Shown in pieces: positions 45,189-64,000 of a stretch of 64,000 nt of DNA. The DNA comes from the human T2T-CHM13v2.0 reference genome, Homo sapiens. Both the position numbers and the translations under genes were made by a program. Where the stretch lies: NCBI RefSeq assembly GCF_009914755.1, contig NC_060927.1; one strand, 5' to 3'. The stretch's first letter is position 1; every line of letters starts with the position of its first letter. The notes under the pieces were generated by a model. It did no database searches. It was not told where the DNA came from and was given only the letters and a program-made list of their open reading frames with translations.

Positions 45189-45584
45189 CAAACTTTTCTA
45201 ATAGAGTGATGCAAAGATAAAAAGGTGCTCATTCTTGCAATAATGTCTATTACTGAATATACATAACCATGGGATAGATGACCACTTCTCGGTAGATAAT
45301 GAAAGGTGAACTGAAATCCATGGTTTTTAACAGCAGAACCATTGCATTGAAAGAAACTTTATGCTGATGACCAATATACCAAACAGATAAAACCAGAAAA
45401 CTGCTCTAGTTGAAATTCCCTACAACATCTCACATTCAACTCATCTGAGCAGATGCTCTCTAAAATGGTTTGTATTTGATTAGGAAAATGATAATGTCTT
45501 GAGATTTATTACTTTAGATGTTCCAGATGAATGGTCTCCTAAATGGAGTGAATGAGATGACTGGGTGTACAAAGAAAATAAGAC

Positions 45585-45695
45585 ATATATAATATATATT
45601 TATATTTTATATATAAATATATATTTTATATATATAAATGTTGAACATTTCCTACGTTGACCATTCACATATATATATATATATATATATATATT
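45585..45695. repeat. AT-rich/(TA)n tracts
   Basis: Read directly. Confidence 0.9.
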
Positions 45696-45728
45696 TCAGT
45701 CGACATAAGAAATTATACTATGAATTTT

Positions 45729-46015
45729 GGCTGGCCACAGTGGCTCACACCTGTAATCCCAGCACTTTGGGAGGCCAAGGCAGGCAGATCACTTGAGGCC
45801 AGGAGTTCGAGACCAGCCTGGCCAACAAAGTGAAACCCCGTCTGTACTAAAATTGCAAAAAATTAGCAGGGTATGGTAGTGCGCGCCTGTAATCCGAGCT
45901 ACTTGGAAGGCTGAGGCATGAGAATCACTTGAACCCAGGAGTTGGAGGTTCCATGAGCTGAGATCACACACTGTACTCCAGTCTGGGCAACAGTAAGACT
46001 CTGTCTCAAAAAAAG
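45729..46015 (+). mobile_element. Alu (S-like)
   Basis: Full dimer. Confidence 0.9.
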
Positions 46016-47947
46016 AAACAAAGAAATTATACTTTAGGAATTGATAGTAGTATGGGTAATTTTCAAGAGATTCTCATGTCAATCAGAGCCATGATTAACA
46101 ATAATGTCTCTAGATACTAAAGCATTTTAAAAACAACTTATAAAGAATGTTTTTTAGGAAAAAAATCAACATCCATACCCACTAATTTAGCACAACAGTT
46201 TACAGTTTTGTATATTTCTGTCTAGTCCCTATCCACATGAAAATACACATTTTGACAATAGTAACCAACAAGGTTCATGAGATTTTAAAATTTTCTCTAC
46301 ATAAATTAGGATGAGTATTTCCATGAATGTCCACAAGCTTCATGAAAATTGTTTTTTATGGCTACATAAAAATGGAGATTCCACAATGTATTAAAACAAT
46401 TTCCTACTGTTGACCATTCAGGTTACATTGGCTCTCCTTTTTGTTATATATTAATACATACTGTTTTATTATATGATTTATGATTATATATATTATGTGA
46501 TTCCCCTCTCTGTATATGATAGCCTTTTTCTTTCCAATAGATTTATCCTGAAGTTAAAATCCCTAAAGTGGAATTACTGAACTAAAAATTCTGAATTCTG
46601 ACAGCTCTTGTTTTATACTATAATGCTTTCCCACAAGTTTTTATCAGCTCACATACAGTTGCAGAACACAACAAAAGGAAAGTTGAAACATCTGCAAAAG
46701 CAGTTCCCTCAGTGTTAATGTCCTCAAACTTAATATTTGCACCATCTTTACCATTTTCAAAGGTGAGAAAGAATTGTGATATTTTGTTGTACTAGTCAAA
46801 GTTTGTTGGTGATGACAGAGAACAATTACATATTCCCAGAATTAGCACAGTATGATTTTAGGCCACAATCTGGGTATGAAAATGTCTATTTTCTTTTGCT
46901 TTTTCAGAAGCAGCAATATAGAGAATTAGATTTCTGCCTATAATGTATTTAAAATTTAATAAGACTTAAATATCTGAAAGCCATTTAACAGCTTTGGCTA
47001 ACAACAGTAACTGACTAAAATCCAAAGCTTATTTCACCATAATATAGTCAGTATGATAATGGTTGATGGCATCTTTGTCAATATGCTTTGTTTTTCTGCT
47101 TTTATTCCACATACTTTAGGATTGAGCTTTGTTCCCAGGTCTACACAAATGTCAGAAAACTCCATTCTTGTTTAAGCCAGCTATAAACATAAAAAGTGTC
47201 CCAAGCAGTTTATCTAGGAGCCTCGGTATTCTGATGATCTTGCTCTAGACACAAATATACTTGACAGTACCTGAATTGCAATGATGCTGAGCAACAACAG
47301 GAATGGTATTTTAACAGATCAGATGATAATTCAGTTATGGTAGTCTTTTGAATTTGTATTTTAGTGATGTAAGGTCATTTTTAGATGATTTGGAGGCACA
47401 TTCTCAGGCTACTGAAAACAGGTTAAGTATTATTTAAGTATTATTTTGCTTCTTGTTGATATGACTGTCATAAACTAAAAGTGGCTCCACCTCTAAGATA
47501 CGAATCATTTTGATGTTATGTGCTCCATTACACTGATTTAAATCAAGTATGACAACTAGTTTAGTTACTTAGGGGTTCATATTATAATTAATTCGCCCCA
47601 GGGTATGTGGGGGTATATTACTGTGGTGATGTAGCTTAGATGGGTGATTAGAAATTCTTTGAAAATTTAAATTTGAAATATTTCCAGGTTCAGATATTCA
47701 AGGTCTAGAGCTTTATAGTTTAATAGTTTATTTATTTATTTTGTACTCTGGAGCAGATCCTGAAATGCTTTGTGAGGAAAGCTTCGGCTATGTCTGTAGC
47801 TTAGCAGTCCCTCACTCTGTCTGTGTGGAGAGATGCATGTCCATTTATCCAGGAAAGAAAAGTCATAGGTTCTTTTGTCATAAGAGGATGGATGTCAATC
47901 CTGCCCTCCACATGGCTTTTTAAAAAAAACATGTCTGATGCCGAGAA

Positions 47948-48245
47948 TTTTTTTTTTTTTTTTGAGACAAAGTTTTGCTCTTGTTGCCCAGGCTGGAGTG
48001 CAATGGCACAATCTCGGCTCATTGCAACCTCCGCCTCCCAGGTTCAAGCAATTCTCTTGCCTTAACCTCCTGAGTAGCTGGGATTACAGGCATGCATCAC
48101 CACGTCCGGCTAATTTTGTATTTTTAGTAGAGACAGGGTATCTCCACGTTGGTCAGGCTCGTCTTGAACTCCCAACCTCAGGTGATCTGCCTGTCTCAGC
48201 CTCCCAAAGTGCTGGGATTACAGGTGTGAGCCACCGCGCCTGGCC
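47948..48245 (-). mobile_element. Alu (Sp/Sq-like)
   Basis: GCTCTTGTTGCCCAGGCTGGAGTGCAATGG; antisense dimer. Confidence 0.9.
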
Positions 48246-49328
48246 GAGGACATATATATTTTAAGGTCTTACAAAAGAATGTAACTCACAATGACAAATT
48301 CTTATTTAAAACATACATGAATCTTAAACTACAGGCAGCCGGAAGGCCAAGCAATCAATCACTTGGTCTAGACCAGCATTTCCTGAAGTATGTTTGGTGA
48401 CATACTTGGGCCTTCACTACTGCAGCGCCATAGAAAACTGTTTAACTATACTGTGGTTAAACTGTTTTTGGGTTACAATAAGGGGAACTTTAAAAAAAAG
48501 TATCTATTTGAAACTCACATTTTTTGTTAGAATGATGATGTTAAGTTCATTTACTGTATCTCTTTCAGTACCAAATCTGAGGCCCTAAAGGAGAAATATT
48601 TCTTAAACAGCAGGGCCAGAAACACCGTTTTTTCTAAGCCACCAGTGTGCTTTCAATCTAATGAACAATGGGAAATTTTAACAGAATTATAACACTTCTT
48701 TATTTACTTTAGCTCAGACCAATATCTGAAATATCCTCTTCGGTAACTATTAAGGTACTCAAGGCATGCATTTCTCTAAACTAATTTTAGCTCTGACCTC
48801 AGCTTACTATTCCTCTATTAACTATACCCCAATTCAACTTTGGAGTAAACTCTCAGAGTCAAAGTTCAATGTCAGTTTCTATTTTTATGTTGAAATCTGA
48901 TTTCTATAGCTGTAAAAATATACACATGTAAATTATTATTATTTTTCAGTTTGCTGTAACCTGTATCAAAACAACATGAAAATCAGGTTATACTAGGCTC
49001 CTACTAAGCAGACAATTTGCTCAAAAACATAAGTCACAATCATTAATTAGTTCGCTATCTTGCATTAAGAAAGTTACTTTAAACTGCTCAAAACCTACTC
49101 ATTTTTATACACAGTGTAAAGCCATTCTAGTAAAACTGTAGAAATGAGCTCAGTAAGTAAATGTGTTAGTTCAGAGTTAGGGCCTTTTTCATGTTGTGAA
49201 CAATTAACGTAACCTGGGCCAGTATTAAATTTGTTAATGGCTTATAGCAATTCTGTCTTGATTCTAAACAGGTCATACTTTTAAAAAATCTTTTTACCTT
49301 AAAAATTTTAAAGCAGATTTCAGCACAC

Positions 49329-49443
49329 TTTCTCAATCTGTAAAATGGAGTGGCAATGCTGTCCTAAAGTACAGACAAATAAAGACAAGTAAAGACAAAT
49401 GTTGTCCTAAAGTAATTGCCACTCCATTTTACAGACTGGGAAA
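49329..49443. repeat. Inverted repeat (21-bp perfect core) with internally duplicated loop
   Basis: TCTGTAAAATGGAGTGGCAAT (49337-49357) is the exact reverse complement of ATTGCCACTCCATTTTACAGA (49415-49435). Confidence 0.93.
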
Positions 49444-50620
49444 ATGAATAAGACACTAATTAAACTAATAAAGTTCAAATCACTTTCTCAAGGTAGCATG
49501 TGCTGATAAACTTGGAACAAGAAAAGAGATCTTTCTTTCCAGACTTTTCCTGAACATGAACTAGAATGAAATGTTTTAAATCTTTATTAGCAACATTTTA
49601 AAAGTTTTAAGATTAGACAGAAACAACACCATCAAACAACAAGACATGGATTTTGACCTTACTGTTTAATGATAAGAACTAGTAATGAAAGATTTTATCT
49701 CCTGCAGCATAAATACCCTTAGGCAAAAATGGATCTGATCCAACTCAGTTCAAGACTATTTAAAGAAAATGAAGTCAGCTCCTGCCATTAGCTTTTTGGA
49801 GAGAGAGAGAAAAAAAAGGTGCCAAATTCTGAGCCCTTAACTGTGCTACCTATTATGTTTCTAACTTAAAACTTTTAAGTTTTAAAAGCATCCAGTCATT
49901 ATTTGGAAGAATTTCACTTCACTCTTAAGGGTTGGATATTTTCAGAATATTTGCAAGGACACCGGTTCTCACTAAATCAGGCCCCACCATTAGCTGGCTT
50001 CAGGCCCTGCAGCACACCCTAGCTCTAACCCGTGAATAATTTTTTTTTGGTATATAAGAGTCTTGTCACATTCTGATCTAAATCTCAGTTAAACATATTT
50101 GCATTGCAGTTTTAGCCCTTTCAAATGATTAAAAAAATGATTAAATATAAGTATAAACTTATAATTTATACTTCTTGAAAATATTTGCCTCTCTAGTATA
50201 CTACTGCAATTTACATTCGAGGGGAAAAAAACAAAAGTGTATTATTTTCAGTAACAACATATTTATATGTTTTCAGCTATAAACATCTCATTTGATTTGA
50301 TTTCCTATTGAAATTATGTAAAAACCGTAACTTCAAAGATTTTTTAAGTTTATTTTTATTTTTTACATGGGGTCTCACTATGTTGTCCAGGATGATCTTG
50401 AACTCCTGGCCTCGAGTGATCCTCTCACTAAGATGACAGAATTTAACATTATCAGAAGATATTTATATCTTATACATAAGGTACCTGGGTGGGTGCTTTT
50501 GTTTTATGCTTTTTGGAAATAAAGCAAAAAATTTTATTCAGGTTTACTCATTTGGCTGTGCTGTTTTTGATATATAAAAGATATTAAATGTTCATACTCA
50601 TCAAATGAAATGAAAGGTAA

Positions 50621-51085
<465 letters not shown>

Positions 51086-51182
51086 TTAAGACACAAATGT
51101 TAGAGTCCACTCTTAACTTTGTATGCAAAACTATTTTATTGGTAAGAGTGAAAATAAGATTCTGCATTAAACTACCAGTTTA

Positions 51183-55229
<4,047 letters not shown>

Positions 55230-57394
55230 CTACCAGTTTAACAGGGGAAAAAAAAACCCACATGACAAACCTATATCTCAAACTAGCTAACTGAGTTAGT
55301 AATCAACTTACAGAAAAAGCCCACAGAAGTACTGTGATATATAACAAAGGCATTATCTACTAAAATTATGTCTGAGAACTAAAAATATCTCGGGGAAAGA
55401 TGTGGCCAAAGTTTTGGAGTAGGTATATTAATAAGACATATCTGCATCTTTCATTGATTTAAATATATTAGGTTTTCCTGTCCTACTATGTCAATATTTG
55501 ACTACAGGAAATACTGTACAAACATATTCTTTATGTTTTTAAAAGGTGGTGGTGTCATAGCAAAGAGAATATGAATGAGAATGTGTGTCTGTATGTGTAT
55601 GTATGTACAACTGGATGTACTGACCAACCTATCCAACTGTTTATGAGCCAATGGCAGATAAGACTTATCTAGACACTAGTGGAAAAAGGATTTGAGAAAC
55701 ATCTGTTTAAAGTGTCACTGCTTTTATTAAAACTGAAAATGTCTTTATCCAATTCTTTACTCAGTAAGATTATTTTTGTTACTTTTTACAAGTTTGAAAT
55801 AGGCTTTTTATCTGCATGGGGGAAGCTGTCTCTGTCAACTGTACTTACTTCTTTGAAGAATCAAGTTCTGTAGCAAGTAGTGGTAGCGAGCTTGTACACA
55901 AAAGCATTTTTTGTTAGTTTTAGGTAATGTGACTGTTCTCCCAGTTACCTGGGATAACCCTGGTTTATGCTTGTTAATTAAGTATTTAGCCTGTAAGTAC
56001 TAATTTTCACTCTAATATGTGTCACAGTTTGAAGGAACAATCATAACCATAACAAGCTACAGGAGGACATTATCCTCTGAGCTACAGCACACACTTTGGC
56101 AATTCACAGATACAGCATGAATTTTAAAAAGTTCAAGAAAAGCTTTTTTTTTTAAATTAAGGTATAATTTATGTTAACATAAACCATTTAAAAGTGTACA
56201 ATTCAGCACAATTCAGCATCTAGTACATTCGCAAGGTTTATAACCATCTCCTCTAGTTCCAAAACATTTTCATCACCCCAAAGGGAAACACCAAACTCGC
56301 AAGCAGTCACTCTACATTAATCCCTTCCCCTAAGACCCTAGCAAGGGAAATTGTACTTTTAATGTAGTAGTTTTAAAATGTTTTCTGGTGCAAAGCCCCT
56401 GCCAATAATATTTATTCAAATCAGTACCTAAACATCTAAATTTTGTACTAAATTACATACTAAATGATATCAGATTGTGGTAAAGAAAAGCAATAAATTG
56501 ATGCTAAGATTTATTAAAAATGAATGAAAGGAAAAGCTTAAAACTGAGAAAACTATTCATTTTCCTTTCCCCTAAATGAGAAAATTTAGTCCAGCTCATC
56601 AAATAGTCTTGCCTGGGAAGACAGTTGAAGATACTGCCCTAATTATCAGGTTCTAGGAGATACTGTTTTCTCACAATCAGACTTGGTAGCTATCTGGGTT
56701 CTCACTAAGGAACAGAAAGCTCCTATGCCATTTTACTTCAAGTCAGTTCAATTTTAACCCATAATCTTATATGCAGGAAAGCAAAATAATTGCTAGCAAT
56801 TGTGATGGCTGAAAACTTTATGGCTCCAGGTACAAAAAAAAGCATTAATATGTGGTTTTTATTCTAAAGAAATTCAGATTTACCATTCTCAATTAAAAGC
56901 ATCTAAAATAGAAAGGCTTCTTTAAAATCCAACCATCCATCAACCCACCCACATATCCATCCAACAATATTGAACATGAAATGTGTAAGGTCCCAGGATA
57001 GGGAGATAAAAAGACAACTGTCCTTTGTCTGATCAACAGAAATTGACAAGAACAACTGAAAAAACAATCTGGCAAGAAAGGCAACCACTTAGGACAGGGG
57101 CACTGTCAAATGAAAACATCTCAATAACCATGTGCTCGATACCTAAAATAAACCTAAAAATGAAAAGAGGACCGGAGTTTTTAATAAGACATTTTGACAA
57201 AGCTGTTAAAAATAATCTTTAAAATAAACTGAGTATCAGTGGTCTGTGGTCCCTCTCCTTATGGCCCATGCTGTCCATTTTCTCCCATATATTTACTCTC
57301 TTTTACCACATCACCTATCCTTCTGTGTATCTGAATGCCAGTTGAAGGCCACAGCAGTTTTGTGTCTTAGTCTGGACAAGAATATGTAATGTAT

Positions 57395-57740
57395 AGTCAG
57401 CTATCCCTTGGTATCCTGGGGGATTTGTTCCAAGACCCTCCTCAGATACCCAAATCCAAAGATGCTTAAGTCCCTTGCATAAAATGGCATAGTATTTACA
57501 GGTAACCTACACAGAGCCTCTCATATACTTTATTTTTTTATTTTTTATTTTATTTTTTGAGACAGTCTCACTCTGTTGCCCAGGCTGGAGTACAATGATG
57601 TGATCTTGGCTCACTGCAACCTCTGCCTCCTGGGTTCACGCGATTCTCGTGCATGAGCCTCTCATATACTTTAAATCATCTCTAGATTACTTATAATACC
57701 GAATACAATGTAAATACTATGTAAATAGTTTTATAGATGT
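57395..57740 (+). mobile_element. MER2/Tigger-like DNA transposon containing a truncated antisense Alu (~57523-57654)
   Basis: CCCTTGGTATCCTGGGGGATTTGTTCCAAGACCC...CTCTAGATTACTTATAATACCGAATACAATGTAAAT; Alu flanked by TSD GAGCCTCTCATATACTTTA. Confidence 0.75.
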
Positions 57741-60067
57741 AAATCTATAGATGTATGTAATGTAAATCTATAGATGTATGTATGTATGTAAAAAGACTGT
57801 CATTTTGGCCTTAGATAAGGAGAGAGGGGTAACTAATGAAGGGTAAGGGGAAAAAAAGTGAAGAAATTAAGAAGACAAGAAATAGAAAAGATTTGGGATC
57901 TCGGAGGCTTTGCCACACCCAAAGACACGGAGTGCGGGTGAGGGTGGGGTCCAAGATGTGAAGGGGGGTACTTTGTGAACCTTTTTCTAGCAAGAACCTA
58001 AAAGTTAAGAATTCTAAAATGAACAATCACTACTACTTCTACATCCTTCCAACTTCTACACCCCATTGTTCTTCTTCTCTTCCTTAATTACAGGCAATCC
58101 TTAAAATCCATTGCTTTCATCTGTTCAGTCTTCTCTACTTCAAAGAGGTTGTTAACTGTTACTTACAACTTTTCCCTGTGAGGAAGCCTCCTTGCACTCT
58201 TGCTATAGTCCTATTCTTGCCACTGTAAGTCCACACTTTTTATGGGGACAGACTATGGGCATTTCTATAGGGCTATGTCAACCAGTTCAAAATGTTTTTT
58301 TTTAATCCCAACCATTACTACCTACTTCTAATCACTTTGTCTACCCATGGCAATGAGTGATAAGGAAATGGAGTCAGTGAGGGTGAATATAAACTGCAGT
58401 GAAAGAATAGAAAAAATGGTGGTATTTTGGAGGATAGAAACAGCAAAGTAACAGCACCTGTTAGCATCAGACACAGTGTATGTATTCTTGAAGGCAGAGG
58501 AGTGTTGAAGAGACTGAAATTGAAATGTAAGGTAATATTTATTTACTAGATATGTGTGCTAAGCTTGAGAGTAGGGGGATAAGAACAAAAAGGTCCATAA
58601 TGAAGTGGGACAGCTCTGGAGAAGTGAGAGGAAAATGAAAAATAGGAAGGATAAAAGATAGACTGTGTTACCTAGAGACATGGTTTAAAACAAAACGGCA
58701 AGAAATTCCAGAAAACTTTAGAAAAATTAATGTGATAAAAATTTCTTCAGCCAACTGAAGAAGTCATGAAAACTATTCATTAAAAAGCCACGTAGTTTAT
58801 TAGGGAAAACTACAAATGTTTTGATGGTGCATCAATAATTATGTGTTCCATAATTAAACATTTTAATGCACAATTTAAACAAAAGCAAAATGAGTTTAAA
58901 TATAGATATGAATCAACCAAAAAGTTAACAAAATCCATTTAACTAAATTTTGCTGCATTGTTTTATACTGCAAAACACAGAAGAAAAATTCCCATGAAAA
59001 GACAAACTCAATAAACTCAAATATGCCTGATAAAGCAGTCTTTTCCAATGGAAAAATGAAACCTACATCTAGTTGGTAAAATCTGAAATTTGCCTTAAAA
59101 GTTTCTATTCTTCCAAGTACAAGATCCCCAAATTCATTGATAAAATGGGACAGGTAAGAACTTTCCTAGTTTTCTGAGGGGGCAGGTAGGTGCTAGTGGT
59201 AACGTGTTTGTACAAACTGTTGTGTGAAAGATGAGGACAAATTTGAGAGCAGCAATCAATGTGTGAATCAGAGGGAAGAAAATCAACCCCTCTACTGACT
59301 AGATCTCCTCTTACAGTGATGTAATAAAATACTTAGCAGTCATTATATAAAAGGGAATCTTCCTCCTCTACTAGCTTTGAAGGAGCTCACCCTGCAGATC
59401 TCCAAAAAGGAGTTACTAAAATAAGCAGACATTCTTTTTCTTCTACAAGAAGTCTGACCTCCTCATGTGTGTACCAGGCCTCTTATTACATATAATAATT
59501 GTCAGTGGTTGTCTATACAGTTAAAAGTGCTATTTCTCTCTATTCACAAAAAGGTTTAAATGACTTAATAATGGAGTGCCCCCATTACATTTGTGTATTT
59601 TTTTAGGCAATAATTCAAATGCTAAGATGATGTCCCTTGCTCTCACACATTTCTGAATTCTAATGGTGCTTACTTACTTGTATATATTTCCTTGTAGATG
59701 AATGAATAAACCACATCATAACTGCTTCTCTCCTTGGTAACAATTCCAAAGTGCCCAGGAAATTCCTGACCATGTTCCTAATGCTAAACTAATTAGAAAA
59801 TCAGACAAATAGTAAGCAAATTACAAGGCTTACTGATACTGTTTTGGTAATACTGGTGATGTTTCATGTGAGGACTATATAATATGATATTTGCTGAAAG
59901 CCATGATGACTTTGGGATCCTTCCAATTTATACCACTCACCAAAAAATGTCTGAATGCTTTTATTGAACTACATTATAGTACAGGTGTTTTTAGAAGTTA
60001 TCTAGCAAAGTGTTAATATTTTTAAAGTTCTAGTGATGTACTTGAAAATCTTATATTCAGAACTCTA

Positions 60068-60362
60068 TTTTTTTTTTTTTAAAGACAGAGTCTCGCTCTG
60101 CTGCCTAGGCTGGAGTGCAGTGGTGTGATCTCAGCTCACCGTGACCTCTGCCTCCTGGGTTCAGGCGATTCTCCTGCCTCAGCCTCCTGAGTAGTGGGAT
60201 TACAGGCACCCACCACCACGCCTGGCTAATTTTTGTATTTTTAGTAGAGACGGGTTTTCGCCATGTTGGCCAGGCTGGTCTCGAACTCTTTACCTCATGT
60301 GATCTGCTCACCCCCGCCTCCCAAAGTTCTGGGATTAGAAGTGTAAGCCACTGCACCCAGCC
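60068..60362 (-). mobile_element. Alu (S-like)
   Basis: Antisense dimer; TSD CAGAACTCTATT. Confidence 0.92.
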
Positions 60363-60464
60363 CAGAACTCTATTCTTAATGAAATGCAATAAATGAGGCA
60401 TTACCAAGTTTTTCAAATCCAATTTAAAAAATAAACTTATTGGGCATTTAAAAATAATACTGCT

Positions 60465-63689
<3,225 letters not shown>

Positions 63690-64000
63690 AATAATACTGC
63701 TAATATTTTGATTCTGGGAGAACCAGTCTACATTTTTCTATGTTTATTTATATCATGATTTTGTATCTCAATCCTATTGTGGTCTACATTTTTAGCTTTG
63801 TCATTTTTTCTTTATCTTTCTGGAGTCAATTCATTTTTATAATTAAAATTTTGAAGATGCATATGTCCTTGAATATCCTTTAATCCAACAATCTCATTTA
63901 TTTATATGGGGAAACTCAGGTAGGGATAGTGTGTTGACCAAGGTCTACACCTGTGTAGTTAAAGGGAACTAGGCTTTAGGTCTGACTTACTCTTTGCTCC

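Overview
Primate (almost certainly human) genomic DNA containing two convergent, well-known genes. The + strand carries the 3' two-thirds of NR1I2 (PXR, pregnane X receptor): the end of intron 1, all eight coding exons (14979..24940) and the 3'UTR to about 26.2 kb. Splicing these at canonical GT-AG sites gives 1305 nt = 434 aa from a CTG start. The - strand carries the last two coding exons of GSK3B (51075..50977 and 34580..34513) and its ~5.5 kb 3'UTR, which ends about 2.8 kb from the NR1I2 end. The rest is a prohibitin (PHB1) processed pseudogene fragment (1..445), more than 25 Alu elements or fragments, two truncated L1PA elements, older L1M/L3/MIR/MaLR/DNA-transposon relics and microsatellites. 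Nearly all ORFs in the supplied track are Alu/L1-derived or chance ORFs. I see no evidence of a new gene system. The best unexplained structures are: (1) a 116-bp, 96%-identical MIR-like direct duplication bracketing NR1I2 exon 5; (2) head-to-head Alus tightly looping the in-frame-skippable GSK3B exon that encodes Thr390; (3) a ~2.4 kb L1 inverted repeat created by a twin-priming inversion; (4) a compact 21-bp-perfect hairpin; (5) a perfect ER2 nuclear-receptor element overlapping the miR-148 site in the NR1I2 3'UTR; (6) an HNF4/AP-1/GATA/TATA-like module in NR1I2 intron 1. Repeat subfamily names and old-repeat boundaries are by eye and approximate.
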